In this document: positions 24,474 to 37,740 of the stretch, one piece after another
Position numbering within the stretch: the first letter of the stretch is position 1
Layout: each line of letters opens with the position of its first letter
Origin: Octopus sinensis
Taxonomy: Eukaryota
DNA length: 64,000 nt
Assembly (NCBI RefSeq): GCF_006345805.1
Contig: NC_042997.1
Location: 127,596,001-127,660,000 of the forward strand
Direction of reading: 5' to 3'
The notes under the pieces: model-generated
The model's database searches: none
Told to the model about the DNA's origin: nothing
The model's input: only the letters and a program-made list of their open reading frames with translations
Translations under genes and position numbers: made by a program

Positions 24474-25127
24474 GCTGTGGAAGATAGAGGGATGCAGAAG
24501 AGTAAGGGGCAAGCAGTAAGAGTAGTAAAGATGATACAGTTGCTAAAGGGGGTGGGGGTAAGTGGGTGATATACTAATATCTAAGAGAAAGACATAGCAG
24601 CCATAGATGGAACATACATAGTCATATGCTTGTTCAAGCAACACCAGTCATTGCACTGATATAAAACCATCCCATTTATACAAGCATGAAAAGCAAAAAA
24701 AACATTTTAAAGAGAATTTAAAGAAGACAGGCAGACAGATGGGATGGAGATCAGCTTCTTGCTAGGGGATGAGGAGATTACTATGAGGGAGTAGGACAGA
24801 GCAGGTAGACTTGGAGTGAGAGGGCATGTTGTTGTTGACGTAGTTAATGGCAATGAAAGGGTTTTGACAAATCTAGCTGATTGATAAACGGATCAATTAA
24901 TCAAAGAATCAATTAATTAATTGGTTAAATGCTAAAATATTGATTAACTGATTAATAATAGTAAAAGAATTGAAACAGAAGCAACGTGTGTGTGTGTATT
25001 TATTATTGACATAATGACCCACCCAAGATAAAATAAGGTATGTTTCAACACATGTGTACATATCAAGAATCTTGCATATCTTAAATGAGTTTTAAAAAAA
25101 AGTAGAAAAATAATGAGTGGCAGTTAA

Positions 25128-25345
25128 AGGTGGCAAGCTGGCAAAATTGTTTGCATGCCAGGCAAAATACTTAGCAGCATTTTGTCTGTCTTTAGGTTCT
25201 GAGATCAAATTCCACCGATGTTGACTTTGTCTTTCATCCTTTCAGAGTTGATGAAATAAGTACCAGTTGAGCACTGGGGTTGATGTAATTGGCTTACCCT
25301 GTCCCCTGAAACTGCTAGACTTGTGCCAAAATGTGCAACCAATCT
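25128..25345 (+). mobile_element. SINE family A, diverged
   Basis: ggtggcaagctggcaaaattg...ctttcatcctttcagagttgatgaaataagtaccag. Confidence 0.75.
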
Positions 25346-25921
25346 GAGTGGCAGCTAAAAGAGTATCATGAAGCTGCGATCAACGATATTTCATGTTGTG
25401 GTTCGTTATATAACCCTAATTCCATCCTGTTTGAGCAGATCTAAAATCTAAGACAGTTCTTTTATGACCATCCTGTCTTTTAAGGGTAAGCATTAAATAG
25501 TCTAAAGGTTGTTTTTTTTTTGCTTTTTCAGAACAGCATTTTGCACTTCTCTAAAACAGTTCAGTGATTTGAGGAGCACCTGGTTGTTATTTCTAGCAGA
25601 TTGAGTGACCGACCCCACAATGGTTTCATTATTGGCTCAAGACATTCCATATTCTTGAATTATGTTACTATTTACTATTATTTTTGCTCAATGAAGTAGA
25701 TTATTATTTTTTGTTTTTGAATTCCAACTCAGTTTTGTCAGTGTCTGGTGATATGTCAGTGTCTGGTGAATTTGCAGGGGAACCAATTTATGAGCTAATT
25801 AAGTTCACAATTTATATAGAAATTCAAATCTTGCATATAATAAACTAGTCTTCTCATTTCTATCTCTGCTGTTTTCTCACTTCACTCTGTCTATCTTCTG
25901 TCTGTCTGCCTGTCTGTCTGC

Positions 25922-25958
<37 letters not shown>

Positions 25959-26483
25959 CCTCTCTCTTTCCTTCTCCTTTTCACACGCACATACACATGC
26001 TCACTCTCTCTTTCATTCTTCTCTATCACTCTTTATCCTTCTCTCCCCATGATTCAGGTTACACATCCAACTGTTTGAATTCAAATTCTTCTCCCTTCAG
26101 CACACGCTGCCCTTTACAAATACACAATAAATCTCTGCCAATTTTCCTTTCATTTATGCCAAACCCTGGAGCCGCAAACTTTGATCAACCACCAGAATAT
26201 TAGTCATATCTGCAGGACACAACAGATGTACGAATAAATGCTCAACTTCATTTAACTAAAATTTCGCTCCTGTCTTAAGTTAGTTTTTTCCAGATCTAAT
26301 TTTTGGTTTTCTAGATGAAGAGCAGTGACTGGAAAGATGGAACATTGTCAGATGACATTAAGTTAGATCTGAGTTCCAATCCCAACAGAATCAACTTTAT
26401 CTTTCATCCTGCAAGTGATGATATTGTATTTACATGTCCAAGTGTACCTGAACATGTTAAATATCATTGTACATATAGGCAAA

Positions 26484-26892
26484 GGAGTGGCTGTGTGGTA
26501 AGTGACTTGCTTGTGAACCACATGGTTTTGGGTCCAGTCCCACTACATGGCACCTTGGGCGGGTGTTTCTACTGTAGCCTCGGGCCGACCAAGGCCTTGT
26601 GAGTGGATTTGGTGGGCAGAGACTGAAGGAGGGCCGTCGTATATATATTTATATATATATATGTATGCGTGTGTGTGTATGTTTGTGCATCTGTGTTTGT
26701 CTCCCCAACATCGCTTGACAACCGATGCTGGTGTGTTTACGTCCCCCGTAACTTAGCAGTTCAGCAAAAGAGACCGATAGTATAAGTACTGGGCTTACAA
26801 AGAATAAGTCTTGGGGTCGATTCATTCGACTAAAGGCGGTGCTCCAGCATGGCCACAGTCAAATGACTGAAACAAGTAAAAGAGTAAAAGAG
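26484..26892 (+). mobile_element. SINE family C
   Basis: Full-length match including internal microsatellite and aaaagagt tail. Confidence 0.9.
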
Positions 26893-27369
26893 AAAGAGTA
26901 TACCTACATTTCATTCAGCACTGCTTAGGGCATCTCTAATTAATTCCAACTTGACAAAACTTTTTTACAATTCAGCAAATGTATCCTTTGCTGTTCTAAT
27001 GTAAGAATGACCAGCTGTCAGTGGCCATGAATGACGGCTTAGTATATGTAACTGATGAAATGTAATAACACAGAAATGCGTGCCTCTTACAGTCAGGTGA
27101 CATCTTTCATGGCTTAGTGATGTGTTTACACTCATATTGTCTATAAGAAGAATTTCTTACCTCAAGATAATTTGTGCAGTGTTGTATTGTCTTTCCATGT
27201 CTAATTATGCATGAATGTGTTAAAGAAGTTTGTGTACTTGTACACTTCATTATTGCTTATTGCGCCTCTAAATAAATAAGCACCAGTAATCAACTACAGC
27301 TCTCCCCTGTAATTTGGGGTCATATGCCAATGGGAGAAATCAATATTTCTAAGCCTAAATTATATTTTT

Positions 27370-28672
27370 TCAAAAATAGTATAGATGTAGGCAAAGTTCT
27401 GTGATGTCTTTAAACCGTGTTACATTGTGGGTTTTTTTCTCCTCAACCTTCCTTTTCGAAACACTCCACAGATGTTCTATTGGATTTAAATCAGGCAACA
27501 TGGTAAGCCAAAGCAATACCTTTACCTTTTTATCTGATAAAAACTTAGTCGTCATCTTTGAAGTGTGTTTAGGGTCATTATCATATTAGAGCATGGAATG
27601 CCTTCCTAGTTCCTTGATGCTTTTCAACATTGTTTTATGAAATATGACACAAAACGCCTTGAATCCATTGTTCTCTCAATAAATGTGAGTCCTCCCTCAC
27701 CAGCTGCACTCATGCATCCCCAAAGCATAACAATTTCACCGCCGTGTTTCATGGTAGGCACGGTGGATTTGTTGCTATTATCTTCACCTGGCCATCACCA
27801 TACTCACTTAATACCATCTGACCCAAACAAGTTGATTTTAGTCTTGTCAGAAAAAAGAATTTTATTCCAAAACTCCTTCCCCTTACTCACTCACATAGGT
27901 TTCACTAAAAGAAAGATGATTTGGTTTATGCCTGATAGTGAGGAGAGGCTTCTTATGGGGAATGCATCCATGAAGACAGCCCTGATTCAAACATAAGCAA
28001 ACTGCTTGGGTGGATACACTCTTTCCACTAACAGAAGACACTTCTTGGGCCAAAGATGAAGCAGTACAATGCAAGTTGTACATCACACAATGTTGGATGT
28101 GGCAAATATCACGTGCATTTAAAATAGAAGGATGACCTGGACATTGTTTATTGCTTCGCTGTCCAGTAGCTTTGTACTTCTGAATTACTTTGGCAACTAT
28201 GATTAGGATAATATGTATTCATTTGCTAATTAACTTGTATCCTAAACCATTCTTGTGCAAATTAAAAATAATTTTCTTCAAATCTTTAGACAATTCTTTT
28301 CCATTTGGTGCCATTTTAATCACAATGAAGATTTTCCCCCACAGTACACAAATCAGAATTCCTGCAGATGCAATAACAATGACCAGGAGAAATAATTTAT
28401 TAGAATAGAAATTATCAGCAATATCTGAATTTAGTTAAAAAGGTGATCATAATATTCAATATAGCAAATTTCCTTTATGGTGTAAATATTTTTGTAATGT
28501 TTGATTCGTATCTTTGAAAATGTTTTTTGTTTTGTGTTCCAAATTTGTATAATGTTTGCTTGTATAATATATTTTATTCGGTATAATTTTGTGTGATTTC
28601 CTTTGATATTATCAGAGTAATGGCAATTTTTACTGAAATTTTTTAGGAGTGTACATACTTCTGTGAGATGCA
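27370..28672 (-). mobile_element. Decayed Tc1-family DNA transposon (DDE transposase pseudogene)
   Basis: MAPNGKELSKDLKKII start at 28314; TMKHGGEIVMLWGCMSAAG and LPDLNPIEHLW motifs; Tc1-like terminus tgcatctcacagaagtatgtacactcct at 28645-28672; other terminus not found. Confidence 0.9.
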
Positions 28673-28937
28673 TATATATATATGTAATATAGGCATAAGA
28701 GTGGCTGTGTGGTAAGTAGCTTACTTACCAACCACATGCTTCCGGGTTCAGTCCCACCAACATCACTTGACAACCGATGCTGGTATGTTTACGTCCCCGT
28801 AACTTAGCAGTTTGGCAAAAGAGACTGATAGAATAAGTACTAGGCTCACAAAGAATAAGTCCTGGGGTCGATTTGCTCAACTAAAGGTGGTACTCCAGCA
28901 TGGCCATTGTCAGATGACTGAAACAAGTAAAAGAGTA

Positions 28938-28973
<36 letters not shown>

Positions 28974-28983
28974 TACATATATA

Positions 28984-29009
<26 letters not shown>

Positions 29010-29027
<18 letters not shown>

Positions 29028-29519
29028 GTGTGTATATACATACATACAAATCCACATATGGGTGTGTGTGTGTGTGTGTGTGTGTGTGAAGGCACATGGC
29101 TCACTGGTTAGAGCATTGAGCCTATGATCATGAGGTTGTGCGTTTGATTCCCATACTGGGCTGTGTGCTATGTCCTTGAGCAAGACACTTTTTTGCACTT
29201 TACTCCATTTTACTCAGCTGTAGAAATGAGTTGCAACGTCATTGATGCCAAGCTGTAATCTGCCTTTGCCTTTCCCTTGGATAACACTGGTGGTGTTAAA
29301 AGAGAAGGCTGGTATGCATGGGTGACTACTGTTATTCTATAAACAACCTTGCCGAGACTTGTGCCTCTGAGGGTAACTTTCTAGGTGCAATCTTATGGTC
29401 ATTCATATCTGAAGGGATCACCCCCTTTTGATATATATATGTATACACACATACATGCATACATACATATATGAATCAAACTGTTTTGATCCATATACAT
29501 ATATATGCTTTAAATAAAG

Positions 29520-29552
<33 letters not shown>

Positions 29553-30080
29553 TATATATATTATATATATGTATGTATGTGTGTGTATATACATACATAC
29601 AAATCCACATATGGGTGTGTGTGTGTGTGTGTGTGTGTGTGAAGGCACATGGCTCACTGGTTAGAGCATTGAGCCTATGATCATGAGGTTGTGCGTTTGA
29701 TTCCCATACTGGGCTGTGTGCTATGTCCTTGAGCAAGACACTTTTTTGCACTTTACTCCATTTTACTCAGCTGTAGAAATGAGTTGCAACGTCATTGATG
29801 CCAAGCTGTAATCTGCCTTTGCCTTTCCCTTGGATAACACTGGTGGTGTTAAAAGAGAAGGCTGGTATGCATGGGTGACTACTGTTATTCTATAAACAAC
29901 CTTGCCGAGACTTGTGCCTCTGAGGGTAACTTTCTAGGTGCAATCTTATGGTCATTCATATCTGAAGGGATCACCCCCTTTTGATATATATATGTATACA
30001 CACATACATGCATACATACATATATGAATCAAACTGTTTTGATCCATATACATATATATGCTTTAAATAAAGTATATATA
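29010..30080 (+). repeat. Near-perfect tandem duplication (553-bp period), each unit with a fifth SINE family (29088-29430, 29641-29983) and flanking microsatellite
   Basis: gaaggcacatggctcactgg... at 29088 and 29641; unique sequence appears identical between units. Confidence 0.9.
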
Positions 30081-30085
30081 TATAT

Positions 30086-30128
<43 letters not shown>

Positions 30129-30164
30129 TGTATATGTATGTGCGTGTACATATATATATAGTGC

Positions 30165-31290
30165 TTTTTATATACCACTGGCATGGGAGCCAGTCAGGCT
30201 GCACTGGCATTGGCCACAACTACAATTTCCTTTTGATTGTGATTCAATTTGATTTTGATTATACTTGACTCAATAGGTCTCCTCAATCATGGCATGTCTC
30301 CTGGCGATTCAAAGGTGCTTATTAAATGGACTCATTATGCGACACTGGTGTGGGCTATGGCTGTGATCTCACTTTACTTACTGGGTCTTCTCGATCACAG
30401 CATATCTCCAGAGGTCTCGGTCTTTTGTCATTGCCTCTATGCAGCCCAACATTCAAAGGTCATGCTTTACCACCTCATCCCATGTCTTCCTGGGTCTCCC
30501 ATTTCCATAGGTTCCTTCCACTGTTAGAGAATGACACATCTTCACACAGCTCTTCTCATCCATACTCAGCACATGATCAGTGTAGTCATCTCTCATGCAC
30601 ACCACACCTGATGCTTCTTATGTCCAGCATTTCTCTCAGGGTGCTTACACTCTGTCGTGTGTGCACACTGACATTACACATCCAGCAGATCATACTAGCT
30701 TAATTTCTTTCAAGCCTAAGCATGTCTTCAGCAGTTACAGCCCCTGCTTCACTGCCATGTAGTATTGCAGTTTGCACACATGCATCATACAATCTCCCTT
30801 TCACTCAGAGCGAGAGGCCCTTTGTCACCAGCAGAAGTAGGAGCTTTCTGAACTTTGCCCAGGCTATTCTTATTCTAGTGGCAATGCTCTCCAAACATTC
30901 ACCCCCACTACAGACTTAGTCACCTAGGTAGCAGAAGCTATCAAATACTTCTAGTTTCTCCCCCTGGAATGTGATAGAATCTGTTTTCTAAGCATCTGTG
31001 GTGTTTATTGCCCCTGTGCATCTGCCATACACAAAAGCTAACTTCCCGGTTAACCTTCCTTTGATGTTGCTGAACCTCTTACGCATCCATGGCTTTCAAT
31101 GGATACATCATATGGAGTTTCTACCTACATCTTTTCTACAGATCAAGCAGGGCAATCAACATGAAGAGGTTTGTGATGTGTTCACCTTCCTACTTACTAG
31201 AACTTTGGTCTTTGCTACATTGACTCTAAGGCCCTTCGATACTAAACCTTGCTTCCACACCTGAAATTTCTTCTCTAGTTCTGGTAGGGA
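30165..31290 (-). mobile_element. 5'-truncated RTE-clade LINE (RT C-terminus plus 3' UTR)
   Basis: LEVFDSFCYLGD..IATRIRIAWAKFRKLL..KGRLYDACVQTAILHGSEA; in-frame stops. Confidence 0.9.
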
Positions 31291-31319
31291 TTCTGCTATG
31301 AGAGCAGAATTTTCCTCAA

Positions 31320-31363
31320 GACACCTGATAAAGGCTGGAGGGCATCAGCTGAAACGTTGTGTT
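31320..31363 (+). ncRNA. Minimal type I hammerhead-ribozyme-like motif, probably inactivated (G8A)
   Basis: gacac-CTGATAA-a-ggctg gagggcat cagct-GAAAC-GT-T-gtgtt: stem I, stem II and palindromic ACGT stem III all present. Confidence 0.6.
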
Positions 31364-31883
31364 AACAACAAACAAGATGAGGACAAATATCTGTCAAATG
31401 TAAATAATGTAAATAATTCCTCATCTCTTAAATATAGAACTGTATTATATATATATATATATATATCTATATATCTATATATATATATAGAGATATATAT
31501 ATCATCAGGATCACCATCATTTAAGATCCATGTTCCGTACATGTATAAGTCCAACAATTTGACAAGATCCAGTGGACCCAGACACTGCATCATGCTCCTG
31601 TGACTGTTCCAGTATGGTTTCTACAACTGGATCCCCTTGCTAACACCAACCCTTTTACAGTGTGTACTGAGTTCTTTTAATGCCCCAAGTATCAATGAGG
31701 CTTCTATACAGTTGTAAAACTATGAACTCTGATGTGACATGTTTATAGTAGGAGATATGGAATCAAAGATTGAGAAAAGGGATCAATCAGAGCAGGTTTT
31801 ATGTTAAAGACAAGCTGCATGACTATTCACATTTTAGAAGAGAGGCTGGGAATGACCAAGCACAGCTGGAAAATGATGAAAAT

Positions 31884-32122
31884 ATTGGTAAAGGTGGTGA
31901 GCTGGCAGAATCGTTAGCATACCAGGCAAAATGCTTAACGGTATTTCATTTGCTGCTACGTTCTGCGTTCAAATTCTGCCAAGATCGGCTTTGCTTTTCA
32001 TCCTTTCAGGGTTGATTAAATAAGTACCATTTACGCACTGGGGATGATTTAATCGACTTAGTTTCTTTGTCTATCCTTGTTTATCATCTCTATGTTTAGC
32101 CCCTTGTGGGCAATAAAGAATT
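31884..32122 (+). mobile_element. SINE family A, full length
   Basis: ggtggtgagctggcagaatcgttagc...cccttgtgggcaataaagaa. Confidence 0.85.
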
Positions 32123-33199
32123 AGATATTGATGATGAGGTGTCACACTGAACCTTCAAAGTATGAAGTGGGTAGAAATTAGTGGAGCAGAGGGACCTGGA
32201 GTGAAAGGGACATGTATGTGTATGTGTGTGTGTGTATGTTTGTGTGTGTGCATACACACATATATATATATAAATGTGTGTGTATGTGTGTGTTTCCTTA
32301 TGTTTATATTTACACCACTTAACAACCAGTAATATTTGTTTCTTTACTGTAACCTAGTGATTCAACAGATACAGGTAAATAAATACCAGACATAAAAGTA
32401 AATACAAGGGTGGGGAGGGTGATATGAGCCAATAAACACTTGAAGGCATTGCTCCAGCATGACCACAATTCAGTGACTGAAACCAGTAAAAAAGAATCAA
32501 AGAGTCAAATAAACAATAATAATTTTCTCAGGAAGTCAGTGTTTTCAAGAAAAACACTGATTCTTTTAGTTTTTGTTTAGTGATTTTTTTTTTACTTGTT
32601 TATATTGATTTCTTCCAGAGAAAAATATTTCCAGTCGAATCAACATCATCATCATCATCATCATCATTATTATAATCATTCAATATCTATGCCCCATGCT
32701 CACATGGGTTGGACAGTTTGATATGATTCAATGAGCCTCTGTCGGTTTTATGCTCCAGTGTCTACCTTAACATGGTTTCTACACCTGAAAGCCCCACTTA
32801 ATGCTAACCACCTAACAAGGCATTTGGATGCTTTTTTTCATCCCATCAGCACTAGTGAGACTTCCCTGCAGCTTGCAAGACAATAAACCCCAAATGGACT
32901 GTTTTATTTTCAGAAATAAAGAACAAGATTATGAGAGAATAAACCAGATCAAAACAGGTTTTTTACTATAAATAATTTACATGAATATTAGTGGCATTTA
33001 TGGAACCTGCCCAAAGGTCATGAGTTTTAATGTACTACTTACATTCTGTTGTACTTCTGAACAGAGCATGGTATTCTACATTACCTCTGTGGTTCCCTTT
33101 GGTGTTAGGAATGAGTACCAAATCAATCTGAGTATTCTCAACCTCAAACTGTCAATCCATCAATCTAATAATTGATTTGTGTCATTAGATCCAAGATAG

Positions 33200-33530
33200 T
33201 ATGTGATAGTTGTGTAGCACCATTTGAGCATGATTGTTACCAGCATCGCCTTACTGACACTTGTGTCGGTGTGCAGGTGGCACAAAAGAAAACACCATTT
33301 GGGCATGGCCGTTGCCAGGACCGCCTGACTGGCCCTTGTGCCGGTGGCACATAAAAGTACCCACTACACTCTCGGAGTGGTTGGTGTTAGGAAGGGCATC
33401 CAGCTGTAGAAACTCTGCCAGATCAAGATTGGAGCCTGGTGCAATGATCTTGTTCACCAGTCCTCAGTCAGATTGTCCAACCCATGCCAGCATGGAAAGC
33501 GGGCGTTAAACGATGATGATGATGATGATG
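33200..33530 (+). mobile_element. RTE-derived 3' tail ending in (GAT)n
   Basis: Homologous to 21150-21490; further copies near 23.8, 32.7, 34.9, 37.5, 56.0, 59.7-60.2, 60.4-60.95 and 62.4-62.77 kb. Confidence 0.85.
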
Positions 33531-34341
33531 ATACACACACACACACACACGCACACACAGTATACGCAATCATTGAAGGAGTCAGTCTCACAAGATACTC
33601 AGAGTAATATGTATCTCCATAAGAGCATTAGATCCTAAATTAATTTTCATATCTGTATATTTGACTGAGACAGAATTATGGTTGCAAGAAGAGAAATGTG
33701 TCCGTTTTACTGTGTAAGGTGTGATCAAGTTGGACAGACATTAAGAACTATTTGATCTCAAACAATCAATATTTGTTTGTGTTAACGACATCCCCTCAGA
33801 GGTGATGACAGTGTCAATCCAAAACATTCATCCTGCTGTGCCTCCAGCACATTGTTTGTCATGGGAGGGGATGTCAACACAGATACAAGAAAGGCTGACA
33901 ACACCAATACAAGAAAGGCAGACCCTGTGACACTGAGGGCACTGTAAGTGACCCCAAACAACAGCCACAGGTGGTTGATGATGACATTTCCTCCTCCCTT
34001 CATGTAGCCTCCTTCGTTCGATTTCATAGCACTTCACTCCAACATCACACACAGACATCCATGCATTCTGATTAACAGCCAGAGGCTCCAACTGACTGAT
34101 TTATCAACATGATTATTAGATGCCATTAGCACTCACTATTTGATGTCTTATATAGTGTCTACATGAAACCAGTATTCAAAGTTATACACAGCAAATTTTC
34201 TCTCATATACAGCAACTGCTTGTAATTACAATGTCACTATTCAGTGTTATATATACAGTGACTTTCCCTCTTATATATAGTAACTGCTTCAAATTACATT
34301 CAATGCCATATTTAGTGTATTTTCTTTCTCTTATATAGTAG

Positions 34342-35848
34342 GAGGAGTGGCAGTGTGGTAAGCAGCTTGCTTACAAGTCACATGGTTCCAGGGTTCAGTC
34401 CCACTGCGTGACACCTTGGGCAAGAGTCTTCTGCTATAGCCTCGGGCCATCCAAAGCCTTGTGAGTGGATTTGGTAGACGGAAACTGAAAGAAGCCCATC
34501 GTATCTATGTATATATATATATATGTATGTGTGCGTATATGTTTGTGTATGTGTGTGTGTGTGTTTTGTCCCCCCACAATATCACTTGACAACCGATGCT
34601 GGTGTGTTTACATCCTTGTAACTTAGCACTTGGGCAAAAGAGACCAATAGAATAAGTGCCAGACTTATAAAAGATAAGTCCTGGGGTCGATTTGCTCGAC
34701 TAAAAGCAGTGCTCCAGCATGGCCACACTCAAATGACTAAAACAAGTAAAAGAAAAAGAGAATAAAAGAATAACTACTTGAAATCACTTTAAGCCTGTAT
34801 CCAGTGTCATATACACTGATTTCTACTTTTATACACATTAACTTTGTGGCTGTCATCATCATCATCATCATTATCATCGTTTAACGTCCGTTTTCCATGC
34901 TAGCATGGGTTAGATGGTTCAACCAGGGTCTGGGAAGCCAGGAGGCTGTACCAGGCTCCAGGTTGGAAATTTGCTTCCTAACCACATGGTTCCAGGTTTA
35001 GTCCCCACTGTATGGGGCCTTGAGCAAGTGTCTTCTACTGAAGCCTCAGACCAACCAAAGCTTTGTGAGTGGATTTAGTTAAAGGAAACTGAAAGACGCC
35101 CATATTTTATGTGTGTGTGTGTCAGTGTTTGTGTATGTATGTGTATGTGTGTGTGTATGTGTGTGCGTGCATGTGTGTGTATGTTTGTCTTTATGTCTGT
35201 GATTGATTCCCTACAAGCACCACCACTTGACAACTAGTGTTGGTGTGTCCATGTGCCTGTAACTTAGCAGTTCAACCAAAGGGACTGATTGAATAAATAT
35301 CAAACTTTACAAGAAAATAGCACTGGGGTTGACTTATGTGACAAAGATTCATAGTAGTGCCCCAGTATGGCCACAGTCTAATAACTGAAACAAATAAAAG
35401 ATAGAAGTCATATTCATTCAATGATCAATATCATTTTAATGTTCTACTCTTTTACTCTTTTACTTGTTTCAGTCATTTGACTGTAGCCATGCTGGAGCAC
35501 CACCTTTAGTCGAGCAAATCAACCCCAGGACTTATTCTTTGTAAACCTAGTACTTATTATATTGGTCTCTTTTTGCTGAACGGCTAAGCTATGGGGGCGT
35601 AAACACACCAGCATCGGTTGTCAAGCGATGTTGGGGGGACAAACTCAGACACACAAACATATACACACACATACACATATATACATATATATGACGAGCT
35701 TCTTTCAGTTTCCATCTACCAAATCCACTCACAAGGCTTTGGACGGCCTGAGTCAATAGTAGAAGACACTTGCCCAAAGTGCCACACAGTGGGACTGAAC
35801 CCGGAACCATGTGGTTGGTAAGCAAGCTACTTACCACACAGCCACTCA
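34342..35848. mobile_element. Cluster of three family C SINEs: 34342-34770 (+), about 34965-35405 (+), 35447-35848 (-)
   Basis: Direct sequence match to family C in both orientations. Confidence 0.85.
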
Positions 35849-36059
35849 TGTTTTATGCAATTCTTATTCACAAGAGTAGCTAGAGGTGAGCAGAGAGGGC
35901 AGTCCTCCCTGAATGGTACTTTTATGGGGGCAGCACCACTTCTGGGTCTGCTGTGGGCAATAATTATTTTTTGTGGATACCCAGGTGGCAAGTAAGGGCT
36001 GCCCCAGATGGCAAACACTCTAGCTATTGTAGTGTTCTTATTTAAAGTTTTTATTTAGT

Positions 36060-36670
36060 AAATAATAATCCTTCCTACTATAGACACAATGCCTGAAATT
36101 TGGGGGAGGGGTATAGTGGATTACATCGAACCCTGTGTCTCACTGGTACTTAATTCATCAACCCCAAAAGGATGACAGGCAAAGGCAACCTCGGCAGAAT
36201 TTGAATTCAGAATGTAGCAACAAAAAAAAATACCTATTTCTTTACTACCCACAAGGGGCTAAACACAGAGAGGACAAACAAGGACAGACAAACGGATTAA
36301 GTCGATTACATCGACCCTAGTGCGTAACTGGTACTTAATTTATCGACCCCGAAAGGATGAAAAGCAAAGTTGACCTCCGTGGAATTTGAACTCACAACAT
36401 AACGGCAGACAAAATACCCATAAGCATTTCGCCTGGCATGCTAACGATTCTTTTCTACTCTAGGCACAAGGCCCATAATTTTGGGGGGAGGGTGCCTGTC
36501 GATTAGATCGACCTCAGTACGTAACTGGTACTTAATTTATCAACCTCGAAAGGATGAAAGGCAAAGTTGACCTTGGTGGAATGTGAACTTAGAACATAAA
36601 GACAGAGGAAATACTGCCAAGCATTTTGCTAATGATTCTGCCAGTTCATGCTAACGATTCTGTCAGTTAA
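36060..36670 (-). mobile_element. Chain of three family A SINEs/variants
   Basis: Repeated ...cgaaaggatgaaaggcaaag... units at about 36165, 36350 and 36545. Confidence 0.8.
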
Positions 36671-37404
36671 TTTAGTAACTAATAATGCCTTATACAGTCA
36701 GTGTTCTGTGTTTAATAAGATGAAAGTTTAAGGAATAGTTACAGATGTTGGTAACAAAGTGTTTCTCTCACCTTGCAAAGCTATACAAAGCTTACCATGT
36801 AAAACTATATAATGCAGTGATTCTCAACCAAGGCCCACACAACCCATAGGTGGGGAGCCATATAAGATTTTATTGTTGTGCAATAACTTGGTACCACTTC
36901 TACAATACACAAAATATTTTAAACCATTTTTATACAATCCCTAATAATATGTCATTATAAAAATACAACAGAATTGTTTTTAAACATCAAATGGCTATGG
37001 GGTTCCAGTTGAGTAAAATGGAAACCAAAGAGATTCATAGAAAGAAAATGATTGAATGCTTTGATATAAAGCATATGAAAAAGTGAGGTAAGAGCATAGT
37101 TTTTGTTGTTGCTGGAAAGTAATTAGGAGAGCATGATATGTTAGATGAGAAATGATAACCTTCATTAAATGTAAAACACTAATGAGCTGAGAGAATGACA
37201 GAGTATTAAAGACATTAGATGATAGATGCTGGAGATGTATTACTATGATTGTATGTGATGGCATCTCGCTCAGGTGTGACAATGACCTTTCAGTAGTTCA
37301 ATCAAATAGGAATTGTCTCTAGTAATTAAAATGTAAGTGGCTGAGTATTCCACAGACAGTGCACCCCTAAAGTAATTCCCAAGCTGAATCCTCATGATCA
37401 CACT

Positions 37405-37442
<38 letters not shown>

Positions 37443-37700
37443 TGTCATAATTTAACCTTCGTTATACACGCTAGCATGGGTTGGGCAATTTGACAAGAAC
37501 TGGCAAGCCAGAAGTTTGCACCAAGCTCCAATGTCTGTTTGGGTGTGGTTTCTATGGCTGGATGCCCTTCCTAATGCCAACCACTTTTCAGAGTGTAGTA
37601 GGTACTTTTTAAGTGGCACCAACAGCCACAATGGTATACATATATTGTAATCAAACACAGTGAGTGCCGTATGAATCAGTGGCTTTCTGTATTGACATAG

Positions 37701-37740
37701 AAAAGTTAGTAATTCACAACAGAGAGGACAAACCGATAAG
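37701..37740 (+). CDS. Candidate 40-nt exon (EKLVIHNREDKPIR in phase 1), unidentified
   Basis: Acceptor ggctttctgtattgacatag, donor AAG|gtatgt. Confidence 0.2.

Noticed and set aside
26315-26602. 95-aa ORF after a good acceptor
   Set aside because: Composed of a decayed SINE A head running into SINE C
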